Positions 15,564-23,899 of a DNA stretch of 25,186 bases are shown here, one piece after another. The position numbers were made by a program, and so were the translations under genes. This stretch comes from a virus (taxonomy: Duplodnaviria > Heunggongvirae > Uroviricota > Caudoviricetes): the IMG/VR virus record IMGVR_UViG_2563366883_000011; one strand, 5' to 3'. Within the stretch, counting starts at the first letter, position 1, and every line of letters starts with the position of its first letter. Below the pieces are notes generated by a model that saw nothing but the letters and a program-made list of their open reading frames with translations, was not told where the DNA came from and searched no databases.

Positions 15564-16117
15564 GCGTTAGTTTCTCCACAACCAGAAGCAATCGACGCCA
15601 CGACGCCCGGAGCTGCACACTCGCGGGCGTTACTATTTTCTGGAGCGCAGAAGATTTTGTAGACCAGTGCTGCATGCTCCTGGAGCTTCGAAATTGAAAG
15701 ATACAGTTCGTCGTTAATTGCTGTCTTCTCATGCGGTTCCACTACACCGTCTTCGATTGCTGAACGAATCTGTCTGGAATAACCGCCGATCTGTTCAATG
15801 ACTTCCAGCAGGCGCTGGTTTATATCGGCGTTCTCTACTGCCTCAATTTCAGGAAGCGATACGAACACCCCACCAGCAGACTGTGCGACAGCATCCGCAA
15901 TGTAGTGAGTGCCAGCCGCACGCTGTAAAACCATTGCCCATCCCAGCGGGAAAATCTGATCGCCATCTGCACGAAGGCGGTTGAATAAAGCGTTCTCTGT
16001 TACATCCAGCCAGTCAGCAGCTTCAGCGTAACCCCCAGGCAATGCCGCGATAGTTTTTCTGACAGCTTTCACGTACCACTCAGGTTGTTTTTCCACTTTC
16101 CAGTGATGCTTACCCAC
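15560..16117 (-). CDS. Hypothetical early regulatory protein in the cII position (YdaT-like?)
   Basis: 185 aa, GTG start at 16117 with strong AGGAGG SD. Overlaps the cro 3' end by 8 nt. Family assignment is uncertain. Confidence 0.5.
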   Translation of the reverse strand: MGKHHWKVEKQPEWYVKAVRKTIAALPGGYAEAADWLDVTENALFNRLRADGDQIFPLGWAMVLQRAAGTHYIADAVAQSAGGVFVSLPEIEAVENADINQRLLEVIEQIGGYSRQIRSAIEDGVVEPHEKTAINDELYLSISKLQEHAALVYKIFCAPENSNARECAAPGVVASIASGCGETNA

Positions 16118-16370
16118 GGCTTACCTCCTGTTCCTGTGGTTTAAACCCATTCTGGTTTTGGCTAGATTGAAAACGTGCCGGATAAAGAATCTGCATTTCG
16201 CTGATTTCACCCTTAAAAAAATTGGCCAGACGTTCTGCAAGATCGATAGATGGAATTTGTTCCAGTCTTTCAATACGACTCAGCGTCGCTGGATTGACCT
16301 GAACGCCCGCAGCAACATGCTGCAAAGTAAATCCGTGCGCCTTACGCACATTCCGTAATGGTGATTGCAT
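16110..16370 (-). CDS. cro: Cro-like HTH (XRE-family) repressor
   Basis: 86 aa with HTH segment (FTLQHVAAGVQVNPATLSRIE). Divergent from cI across the operator region. GGAGG SD before ATG at 16370. Confidence 0.75.
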   Translation of the reverse strand: MQSPLRNVRKAHGFTLQHVAAGVQVNPATLSRIERLEQIPSIDLAERLANFFKGEISEMQILYPARFQSSQNQNGFKPQEQEVSRG

Positions 16371-16384
16371 ATAACCTCCACATA

Positions 16385-16447
16385 TTGCGTGATGAGCATA
16401 TTATTTCACGCAAATATTTTGCGCAAGTTGATTTGCTTAACGCGCAA
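16385..16447. promoter_or_regulatory. OR-like operator cluster between cro and cI (TTGC-N7-GCAA 15-mers)
   Basis: Perfect TTGC-N7-GCAA at 16433-16447 (ttgcttaacgcgcaa), near-perfect at 16385-16399 (ttgcgtgatgagcat), and palindrome TTGCGCAA at 16419-16426. The same 15-mer class recurs downstream of cI. Confidence 0.55.
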
Positions 16448-16467
16448 TAAAGAAATGTAATAAACGC

Positions 16468-17160
16468 ATGAACATAGGAAATCGAGTCAGACAACTTCGC
16501 CAGGCGAAGAACATGAAAATCGCCGATCTCGCTGAAGCAATAGGAGTGGATGCGGCGAATATCTCGCGCCTCGAAACAGGTAAGCAGAAACAATTCACTG
16601 AACAAGCCCTGAGTAATATTGCCAGGAGCTTAGGTGTTGATATTGCTGATCTCTTTACCTCAGACCTCAAAAGTAATACTGTATGTAAAAACAGTATTAG
16701 TGAGGATGTTGCGCAGGTGAAGGATGTATTCCGTATTGAAATGCTGGATGTCAGTGCCAGTGCGGGAAATGGCCTTATCCAGGGCGGTGATGTCATTGAT
16801 GTGATTCATGCCATTGAATACAGAACTGATAATGCTGTATCGATGTTTGGTGGACGACCAGCAAATCACATTAAAGTTATCAACGTTCGTGGGGACAGTA
16901 TGTGTCCAACCATTGAGCCAGGAGATCTCATCTTCGTTGATATCAGTATCAATCAGTTTGATGGGGATGGTATCTATGTGTTTGGTTTTGATGATAAAAT
17001 TTATGTCAAACGACTGCAAATGATACCTGACAAACTACTGGTAATTTCTGATAACCAGATTTACCGTGAATGGGGAATTACCAGCGAAAATGAACACCGG
17101 TTTATGGTCTTTGGAAAGGTCTTAATCAGCCAGTCACAAACCCTTAAGCGACACAATTAA
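16468..17160 (+). CDS. cI: CI-type prophage repressor (HTH_XRE N-terminus, S24 LexA-like autopeptidase C-terminus)
   Basis: 230 aa. N-terminal HTH (NMKIADLAEAIGVDAANISRLETGKQ), Ala-Gly cleavage site (SASAGNG), and Ser/Lys dyad context (GDSMCPTIEPGDLIFVD ... YVKRL). Confidence 0.9.
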   Translation: MNIGNRVRQLRQAKNMKIADLAEAIGVDAANISRLETGKQKQFTEQALSNIARSLGVDIADLFTSDLKSNTVCKNSISEDVAQVKDVFRIEMLDVSASAGNGLIQGGDVIDVIHAIEYRTDNAVSMFGGRPANHIKVINVRGDSMCPTIEPGDLIFVDISINQFDGDGIYVFGFDDKIYVKRLQMIPDKLLVISDNQIYREWGITSENEHRFMVFGKVLISQSQTLKRHN

Positions 17161-17180
17161 CCCTTACCTCCTCATCAATT

Positions 17181-17206
17181 AGCCACCCGAAGGTGGCTTT
17201 TCATTA
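17181..17206 (+). terminator. Intrinsic terminator immediately after cI
   Basis: Stem agccacc/ggtggct with cgaa loop, followed by TTTCATT. Confidence 0.55.
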
Positions 17207-17215
17207 CTCATCAAA

Positions 17216-17268
17216 TTGCATATCTCGCAACAAAAATACTTGCATAATGCGCAACTTCATTTTATCTT
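17216..17268 (+). promoter_or_regulatory. OL-like operators and putative pL promoter
   Basis: Two perfect TTGC-N7-GCAA 15-mers (17216-17230 ttgcatatctcgcaa; 17240-17254 ttgcataatgcgcaa); the second matches the OR site at 13/15. Overlaps a candidate -35 TTGCAT, 17-nt spacer, -10 TATCTT (17263-17268). Confidence 0.5.
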
Positions 17269-17700
17269 TCTTTCCAGACCAACAAACAAGGTACTAACAA
17301 AATTTGGTTGTAACACGGCGTATGGCACATGCGTCGTTAGCGGTCTGGGGACGTTAAAGGAGACAATCCACTCCTTGCTCGGGCAAACAAACCAGGTAGC
17401 CGGAATGTGCAAGTCAATGATGATGCTGATAAGACGCCTAACCAGCGTGGCGATTCGGTTTGACGCCTGGGAAGAGACCAGGGTGCAACGATGAGGGCAT
17501 TTATGGAACCGCGACAAAGTGTGGTGCCGTAACTGGCTAAGTGCTCTCAGTGTTGTGGTGAAGGCGCAGGCTGATGCGCGAAAGACATTGCAGCTATTGC
17601 GGAAAAGAGCTGTTCGGCGGGGCAATTAAACGCCCGTGAGAGTCTGAAATAACCGCAAGCCGGAGATCAGCACCGGTCACCACAACAGCCACTGCTTTGG

Positions 17701-17746
17701 CGGTACCAGTTTGTACACTTGCTTCCGGCTGGTACCGCTCTTTTTA
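17701..17746 (+). terminator. Terminator-like hairpin in the early-left leader, overlapping a boxA-like motif
   Basis: 9-bp stem cggtaccag/ctggtaccg with about 19-nt loop, followed by CTCTTTTTAC. CGCTCTTTTTA (17736-17746) resembles the boxA consensus CGCTCTTTA. Confidence 0.4.
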
Positions 17747-17882
17747 CAAAACAGAGAAGAGCATCACCGGACGACGGGCTCATAACCCAATCCATCCGGG
17801 CGGCTGCCACCGCAGGTGTTCTTCTCTGTTTTGTGGGGAAACCAACCGACCTTGCAGGGTCGATATGATGAGGAGCAGCAAA

Positions 17883-18245
17883 ATGGCTAGCGAACGTAGT
17901 ACTGATGTGCAGGCATTTATCGGGGAGCTGGACGGCGGCGTATTTGAAACCAAAATCGGAGCTGTTCTCAGTGAAGTCGCTTCCGGTGTGATGAACACGA
18001 AAACCAAAGGTAAGGTCTCGCTCAACCTGGAAATCGAACCGTTTGATGAGAACCGTGTGAAAATCAAACACAAACTCTCATATGTTCGCCCGACTAACCG
18101 CGGGAAAATTTCCGAAGAAGACACCACCGAAACGCCGATGTATGTCAATCGCGGTGGTCGCCTGACTATTCTGCAGGAAGACCAGGGACAATTACTGACT
18201 CTTGCCGGTGAACCTGACGGAAAACTCCGCGCAGCAGGTCATTAA
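17883..18245 (+). CDS. YfdP-like hypothetical protein (120 aa)
   Basis: ATG at 17883 with GAGGAG SD (the ORF track extends upstream to 17697). Length and position before a YfdQ-like gene match the CPS-53 yfdP-yfdQ-yfdR arrangement as I recall it. Confidence 0.5.
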   Translation: MASERSTDVQAFIGELDGGVFETKIGAVLSEVASGVMNTKTKGKVSLNLEIEPFDENRVKIKHKLSYVRPTNRGKISEEDTTETPMYVNRGGRLTILQEDQGQLLTLAGEPDGKLRAAGH

Positions 18246-18310
18246 TATCGTTCTTAATTAACCGATTATTTATCTCATCACTGAATATCTTTATATAGTG
18301 AGGACTTATT

Positions 18311-19135
18311 ATGTCTCAGAACTTAGACGCAACCGCAATTAATCAAATCCATTCCCTTATTTCTGCTCAGGGTGTTAATGAAATTATCAGTAAGATTGGT
18401 GCCGATGCTGTGGCATTGCCTGAGAATTTCCGCATTCATGATCTGGAAAAATTTAATTTAAATCGCTTCCGTTTCCGTGGTGCGCTTTCCACTGCCAGCA
18501 TCGATGACTTTACCCGTTATTCTAAAGATCTTGCAGATGAAGGCACCCGCTGCTTTATCGATGCCGATAATATGCGAGCAGTCAGTGTGCTTAACCTGGG
18601 TACTATTGATGAACCAGGTCACGCAGATAACACCGCCACTCTCAAACTGAAAAAGACAGCACCGTTCTCTGCCCTGTTGTCTGTTAACGGCGAGCGTAAC
18701 TCCCAGAAGTCACTGGCAGAATGGATTGAAGACTGGTCCGACTACCTTGTGGGCTTTGATGCTAATGGTGACGCTATTCAGGCAACAAAAGCGGCTGCGG
18801 CGGTCCGTAAAATCACGATTGAAGCAAACCAGACCGCTGATTTTGAAGATAATGACTTCAGCGGCAAACGCTCCCTGATGGAGTCTGTCGAAGCGAAGAC
18901 CAAAGATATTATGCCAGTGGCATTTGAATTTAAATGCGTTCCGTTTGAAGGTCTGAAAGAACGTCCATTTAAATTACGCCTCAGCATTATCACTGGCGAT
19001 CGTCCTGTACTGGTTCTGCGCATTATTCAGCTGGAAGCAGTGCAGGAAGAAATGGCTAACGAATTTCGTGATCTGCTTGTTGAGAAATTCAAAGACAGCA
19101 AAGTAGAAACCTTTATTGGTACTTTCACCGCCTGA
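18311..19135 (+). CDS. YfdQ-like (DUF2303-type) protein
   Basis: 274 aa, the same length as K-12 YfdQ. ATG at 18311 with GTGAGGA SD. Confidence 0.6.
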   Translation: MSQNLDATAINQIHSLISAQGVNEIISKIGADAVALPENFRIHDLEKFNLNRFRFRGALSTASIDDFTRYSKDLADEGTRCFIDADNMRAVSVLNLGTIDEPGHADNTATLKLKKTAPFSALLSVNGERNSQKSLAEWIEDWSDYLVGFDANGDAIQATKAAAAVRKITIEANQTADFEDNDFSGKRSLMESVEAKTKDIMPVAFEFKCVPFEGLKERPFKLRLSIITGDRPVLVLRIIQLEAVQEEMANEFRDLLVEKFKDSKVETFIGTFTA

Positions 19136-19263
19136 TTTCATTACTGCAAATGCTCCTGCGGGGGCATTTATGGAAACGTAATTAACTCAATAATCGCCGG
19201 ATGGTGCGGGATTCCTTTTACCCGAATTCAGCGCGGTGCAGCGCATATAAAGTGGAGAACGAA

Positions 19264-19800
19264 ATGTCATTTATTAAAACTTTTTCCGGGAAGCATTTTT
19301 ATTATGACAAGATAAATAAAGACGACATCGTGATTAACGATATCGCGGTTTCCCTTTCAAATATCTGTCGCTTTGCAGGACATCTTTCACACTTCTACAG
19401 TGTCGCCCAGCATGCGGTGCTTTGCAGCCAGCTGGTGCCGCAGGAATTTGCTTTTGAAGCGTTAATGCATGATGCAACAGAAGCGTATTGCCAGGACATC
19501 CCCGCACCACTGAAACGACTTCTTCCTGACTATAAACGGATGGAAGAAAAAATAGACGCCGTAATCCGTGAGAAATACGGGTTACCTCCTGTTATGAGCA
19601 CGCCAGTGAAATATGCCGATCTCATCATGCTGGCAACCGAACGCCGCGATCTCGGACTTGATGATGGCTCTTTCTGGCCTGTATTGGAAGGTATCCCGGC
19701 AACAGAGATGTTCAAAGTGATTCCACTGGCACCGGGCCATGCCTACGGGATGTTTATGGAACGCTTCAACGAGTTATCGGAATTACGCAAATGTGCATAA
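19264..19800 (+). CDS. YfdR-like HD-domain phosphohydrolase (5'-deoxynucleotidase family)
   Basis: 178 aa from ATG at 19264 (GGAGAA SD); the track ORF starts at 19201. H...HD metal-binding motif (AQHAVLCS ... ALMHDATEAY). Confidence 0.65.
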   Translation: MSFIKTFSGKHFYYDKINKDDIVINDIAVSLSNICRFAGHLSHFYSVAQHAVLCSQLVPQEFAFEALMHDATEAYCQDIPAPLKRLLPDYKRMEEKIDAVIREKYGLPPVMSTPVKYADLIMLATERRDLGLDDGSFWPVLEGIPATEMFKVIPLAPGHAYGMFMERFNELSELRKCA

Positions 19801-20669
19801 CTCATGTAGTTAGTTTTTCTGGCGGGAGAACATCTGCATATCTTGTTCACCTGATGGAAGAACAAAGAAAGGCTGGCAATAACGTCTGCTACATCTTTAT
19901 GGATACCGGTTGCGAACATCCGCTGACATACCGCTTTATTCGGGAGGTTGTGAAGTTCTGGGGCATACCGCTAACTGTGTTGCAGGTCGATATAAATCCA
20001 GAGCTTGGGCAGCCAAATGGTTATACGGAATGGGAACCAAAGGATATTCAGACGCGAATGCCGGTGCTTAAACCGTTTATGGACATGGTTAAAAAGTACG
20101 GTACGCCATACATCGGCGGCGCATTCTGTACTGACAGGCTAAAACTCACCCCTTTCACGAAATATTGCGATGACCATTTTGGGCGAGGGAATTACATCAC
20201 ATGGCTGGGTATTCGTGCGGACGAACACCGTAGGCTGAAACCGAAACCGGGCGTCCGGTATCTTGCCGAGCTGTCAGATTTTGATAAGTCGGATGTTATC
20301 CGGTGGTGGCGTAAACAACCTTTTGATTTGCAAATCCCGGAGCACCTCGGGAACTGTGTTTTCTGCATCAAAAAGTCAACGCAAAAGCTGGGGATCGCAT
20401 GTAAAGACGAACCTGGTCTGATGCGGGTTTTTAATGAACTGGTTACAGGCAAACACGTCCGGGATGGTCATCGCAGAACAGGTAAAGACGTTATGTACCG
20501 TGGTCACCTGACGCTTGACAGGATTGCCAGAATGTATGCCGACAGCGACTACAGAAGTTTGTATCAGGCGATGGTGCTGGCCAAGCGGTTTGATACTGGT
20601 TCGTGTTCCGAATCATGTGAAATCTGGGGTGACCAATTGGAGTTGAAATTCGAAGAGGTAGTGGCATGA
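19791..20669 (+). CDS. PAPS-reductase-like PP-loop ATP pyrophosphatase family protein
   Basis: 292 aa. N-terminal PP-loop (VVSFSGGRTSAY), Cys-containing C-terminal half (GNCVFCIKKS; SCSESCEIWG). ATG at 19791 overlaps the yfdR-like 3' end. Confidence 0.8.
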   Translation: MCITHVVSFSGGRTSAYLVHLMEEQRKAGNNVCYIFMDTGCEHPLTYRFIREVVKFWGIPLTVLQVDINPELGQPNGYTEWEPKDIQTRMPVLKPFMDMVKKYGTPYIGGAFCTDRLKLTPFTKYCDDHFGRGNYITWLGIRADEHRRLKPKPGVRYLAELSDFDKSDVIRWWRKQPFDLQIPEHLGNCVFCIKKSTQKLGIACKDEPGLMRVFNELVTGKHVRDGHRRTGKDVMYRGHLTLDRIARMYADSDYRSLYQAMVLAKRFDTGSCSESCEIWGDQLELKFEEVVA

Positions 20670-20869
20670 CAATCGTAAAAACCCATACCGGTACCGTGAT
20701 CACCAAAGATGGACCGCAGGTAAAAAAATTGCACCAAACAGAACGGATGTGGGTCGTCGGCAAAAACGAGTTTTACCACAAAGAAACTGGACGCCGCCAC
20801 TTTGCAGAAAATACGCGCCGCCGACTGCTGTTAGACACCATCAAGCCTATCGAGGTGAAGCATGTTTAA
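20666..20869 (+). CDS. Hypothetical small protein (67 aa)
   Basis: ATGA start/stop overlap with the PAPS-reductase-like gene. Confidence 0.5.
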   Translation: MTIVKTHTGTVITKDGPQVKKLHQTERMWVVGKNEFYHKETGRRHFAENTRRRLLLDTIKPIEVKHV

Positions 20870-21101
20870 ACAGAACGAAAAAGCTATCGCTCAAATTGCT
20901 GATTATATCCCGCGTGCGTGCCGGGGTATGCAGTTGCAGGAAGCCAAAGCGCGCCTGGAGAAAAAAATTGCGCTCTATATCGATGACGGCTGTGATGCTG
21001 CCGTTCTTAACGCAGCGTTCGCGCCAGCTCTTAACAGTCATACGCGGGAGTCTTTTTTTTCGTGCATCGCAGCGCAGATCCGCAAAGGAGGCAACCAGTG
21101 A
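20862..21101 (+). CDS. Hypothetical small protein (79 aa)
   Basis: Start overlaps the upstream stop; its own stop overlaps the next gene's GTG (GTGA). Confidence 0.5.
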   Translation: MFKQNEKAIAQIADYIPRACRGMQLQEAKARLEKKIALYIDDGCDAAVLNAAFAPALNSHTRESFFSCIAAQIRKGGNQ

Positions 21102-21670
21102 GCAAGATTGACTATCAGGCACTGCGTAAAGCGGCGCAACTGGCAACACAGGGTGAATGGGTCGCATTTATTTCGTCTGGTACTGGTACATATGCGGTGC
21201 ATACACCTGGTGATAAACGATGTGAAGACGTTATCAAATGGACCGGCTTTGATGGACAGCACAACGCAGAGAACAACGCTCGTTATATCGCAGCTTTCAA
21301 CCCTGAAGTAGTGCAGGCGCTGCTGGATGAACGGGAAAGAAACCAGCAATACATCAAACGCCGTGACCAGGAGAACGAGGATATTGCGCTTACGGTTGGG
21401 AAGCTGCGCGTTGAGCTTGAAGCAGCAAAATCAAAACTCAACGAGCAGCGCGAGTATTACGAGGGAGTTATCTCTGATGGGTGCAAGCGTATTGCTGAAC
21501 TGGAAGCGCGGGAAGTTCAATTACCGACTCGCTACGACCTTCGATATGGACACCCGATAAATGCAGATGAGCGACAAGTCATGATACCTAAAGAAAATGG
21601 CAGTTGGCTTTACCTGATTGACCTAGAACACGCATTACGCGTCGCTGACATTCGCATCAAAGGAGAGTGA
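21098..21670 (+). CDS. Ea22-like early protein (coiled-coil)
   Basis: 190 aa from GTG at 21098 with GGAGG SD (the track ORF starts at 21062). N-terminal KIDYQALRKAAQLATQGEW followed by a coiled-coil region. Family call is from memory. Confidence 0.45.
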   Translation: MSKIDYQALRKAAQLATQGEWVAFISSGTGTYAVHTPGDKRCEDVIKWTGFDGQHNAENNARYIAAFNPEVVQALLDERERNQQYIKRRDQENEDIALTVGKLRVELEAAKSKLNEQREYYEGVISDGCKRIAELEAREVQLPTRYDLRYGHPINADERQVMIPKENGSWLYLIDLEHALRVADIRIKGE

Positions 21671-21671
21671 T

Positions 21672-22187
21672 ATGGCGTTAACACACCACGAACTCTGTCA
21701 GATTGCGTACAAGTTCCTTAAGCGCAACGGGTTCAAGGTTTGCTTTCATGACCGCTTTGTTGCTGTAACCAGTACCGGAGAACAGCCAGATGCTATGGGA
21801 TTCAGAAATTCAGCATCATGCCTGATAGAGGCGAAGTGTTCTCGTGCTGACTTGTTGGCAGATAGAAAAAAGCGTTTCCGTAAAAATCCCTCACTTGGCA
21901 TGGGCGACTGGCGATTCTTTATTAGTGAGCCGGAAATTATTTCAGTTGAGGATTTACCTCCCGGCTGGGGATTACTTCACGTTGTTAACGGAAGAGTACG
22001 GAAAGTACATGGATGGCCCAGGGGTAATTGCTGTTGGGGTAATCCTGACGATAAGCCATTTACCGGGAATAAGCAGGTTGAATGCGATTACATGTTATCT
22101 GCATTAAGGCGCATGGAGTTGAGAGGGCACCTTAATGAAATATATGACGGTGTGATTGTTAATAAGAAAGAAGGAAACGCGGCATGA
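21672..22187 (+). CDS. Hypothetical protein with a PD-(D/E)xK nuclease-like motif
   Basis: 171 aa. EQPDAMGFRNSASCLIEAKCS gives P-D, 13 residues, E-A-K, fitting the PD-(D/E)xK signature. AGGAGA SD before ATG at 21672. Confidence 0.5.
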   Translation: MALTHHELCQIAYKFLKRNGFKVCFHDRFVAVTSTGEQPDAMGFRNSASCLIEAKCSRADLLADRKKRFRKNPSLGMGDWRFFISEPEIISVEDLPPGWGLLHVVNGRVRKVHGWPRGNCCWGNPDDKPFTGNKQVECDYMLSALRRMELRGHLNEIYDGVIVNKKEGNAA

Positions 22188-23128
22188 TCACTATTACCAA
22201 AGGGCGACTGCTGACAATCAAGCAGTGGCGCGAAACATACGGACCGGGTAGCAACGTTGTACTGCCAGCAGAAGAAGCGGAAGAACTGGCACGGATTGCA
22301 CTGGCATCATTGGAAGCAGATCCAGTTAAACGAGTTAACTCAGATCAGATGCACCGAGTCTGCTTAGAAGCTAATCGCTATTTAGATAAATATGACGCGA
22401 TGGCGAAAGAGGTAAATAAGTTGCTTGGACGCATCGCCCCGCCAGCGCCAGTATTTAACGGCGAATACGGTGACGCATATCAGGGCGCTCGTGAAGACCT
22501 GTCCATCTGGAAACGGCGAGCGCTTGAAGCTGATGAGCACGTTCGGCGACTGGAGCAAATCAATGACCACATGGTGAAAGAGGCGCAGGGAGAATCACGC
22601 ATGGGCGAGCCTGTAATACGTGAGCCAGCACCGGTAGTGCCTGAAGAAGCAACTCCGGAAAACGTAGAAATGCTCTCTGGCTATGTTTCAACGTACAAAT
22701 TAACCGATAGCGAGCGCGATATTGCTGCCGAAATATGGAACGCCTGCCGCGCCGCCATGCTTCAGTCCGGAAACTTTCGGGAAAACAAGAATTCGTCAAC
22801 CAATAATTTTCGGGAAATCGCGGAAACGTCAACCAACTATCCGGCAATTCCTAGTGAGGTGTTGTCCGCAATCCTGAAGGTTGCCAGGATTCGTGCCGAT
22901 TTCGATGATTTTGACGGTGACAGGCGAGGTATCGGTGATTGTCTGGATGAGGCTGAGCAAGAGCTTATCGTTACCATTAACAAATATGCCAGTCAGTTGG
23001 CAGCAGAACCTATAGCGCCTAATGACGTTCGAGAGCAGACAGCCATTCCACAAGTTCCGGTAACTCCGGATGGTTGGATAAGCTGTAGTGAGCGAATGCC
23101 GGACGACAGGCAGGAGGTGAATCAATGA
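22184..23128 (+). CDS. Hypothetical protein (314 aa)
   Basis: ATGA overlap with the upstream gene. No family recognised; C-terminal PDGWISCSERMP. Confidence 0.6.
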   Translation: MITITKGRLLTIKQWRETYGPGSNVVLPAEEAEELARIALASLEADPVKRVNSDQMHRVCLEANRYLDKYDAMAKEVNKLLGRIAPPAPVFNGEYGDAYQGAREDLSIWKRRALEADEHVRRLEQINDHMVKEAQGESRMGEPVIREPAPVVPEEATPENVEMLSGYVSTYKLTDSERDIAAEIWNACRAAMLQSGNFRENKNSSTNNFREIAETSTNYPAIPSEVLSAILKVARIRADFDDFDGDRRGIGDCLDEAEQELIVTINKYASQLAAEPIAPNDVREQTAIPQVPVTPDGWISCSERMPDDRQEVNQ

Positions 23129-23208
23129 GCTGGCCTGATGCAATCGTAACTCTGGGGGTGGTATTCGCAGCAGCGTTTGTTGTGTTCTCGATTTGTCGAT
23201 GGGGATAA
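23125..23208 (+). CDS. Possible 27-aa single-TM micro-protein
   Basis: Hand-translated MSWPDAIVTLGVVFAAAFVVFSICRWG. Strong SD (AGGAGGT) 8 nt before ATG; ATGA overlap with the upstream stop. Below the ORF-track cut-off. Confidence 0.35.
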   Translation: MSWPDAIVTLGVVFAAAFVVFSICRWG

Positions 23209-23212
23209 CCAC

Positions 23213-23455
23213 ATGTTCGCTTTGATTCAACGCGGTCAGATATACACGGACAGAGCTGGATACCCCGTGGTGATTACTCGCATCACTGAGCACTCAGTGT
23301 TCTTTCGACGGATGGACGGACGATCCGGGCGGGTACGCATTGGTGAGTTAAACTGCCTGTTCGAACATATTGACCACCAGGAGTACCGCAAAATTCTCGC
23401 GGACACTGAGCAGGAAAAGCACCTGAAAAAATTACGAGCCATAAAAAGGAAGTAA
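23213..23455 (+). CDS. Small hypothetical protein (80 aa, DUF4222-like?)
   Basis: ATG at 23213 (the track ORF starts at TTG 23177). Basic C-terminus. Confidence 0.45.
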   Translation: MFALIQRGQIYTDRAGYPVVITRITEHSVFFRRMDGRSGRVRIGELNCLFEHIDHQEYRKILADTEQEKHLKKLRAIKRK

Positions 23456-23611
23456 AGAATGAATAAAGCATTTGAACGATGGGTCCACCAGCGTTACGGC
23501 AATCGCTATGACCTGACGCGAGATGTTGACGGCTTCTACTGTCGTTAAGTTGTGAAGCGAATGTTTGAAGTGTGGTGCCACTGCCGTGGATGAAAGTTTT
23601 ATGAGGTTGGC

Positions 23612-23866
23612 ATGCAGACAATCATCTATCAGATAACCCCCAGCAAATGGTGTACGGAGAGAGTCCTCATTGCATCAACAGGGCTAAAGCCTGGCACCAT
23701 TGAGCGGGCAAGAAGAAAGTCATGGATGCAGGGAAAAGAATACCGCCATTACGCTGTAGAAGGTGATCCGGGGCACTACAGTGAATGCCTGTACAACATC
23801 GAAGAAATTATGCGATGGATCGAAAACCAGAAACAACCAGGTGCCAAAAATGCAAGTTCCGGTTAA
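23612..23866 (+). CDS. xis: Excisionase-like protein
   Basis: 84-aa basic protein directly upstream of the integrase. GAGG SD before ATG at 23612. Confidence 0.65.
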   Translation: MQTIIYQITPSKWCTERVLIASTGLKPGTIERARRKSWMQGKEYRHYAVEGDPGHYSECLYNIEEIMRWIENQKQPGAKNASSG

Positions 23867-23899
23867 CCTGTTAATGCTCCTGGACGTCTGGGAGGTTTA

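Noticed and set aside
17260..17882. N-type antiterminator gene in the early-left leader
   Set aside because: The only Arg-rich reading frame is a 24-codon GTG ORF (about 17527-17600), far shorter than known N proteins. The other ORFs here (17216..17494 plus, 17257..17625 minus) overlap operators or hairpins and lack RBSs.
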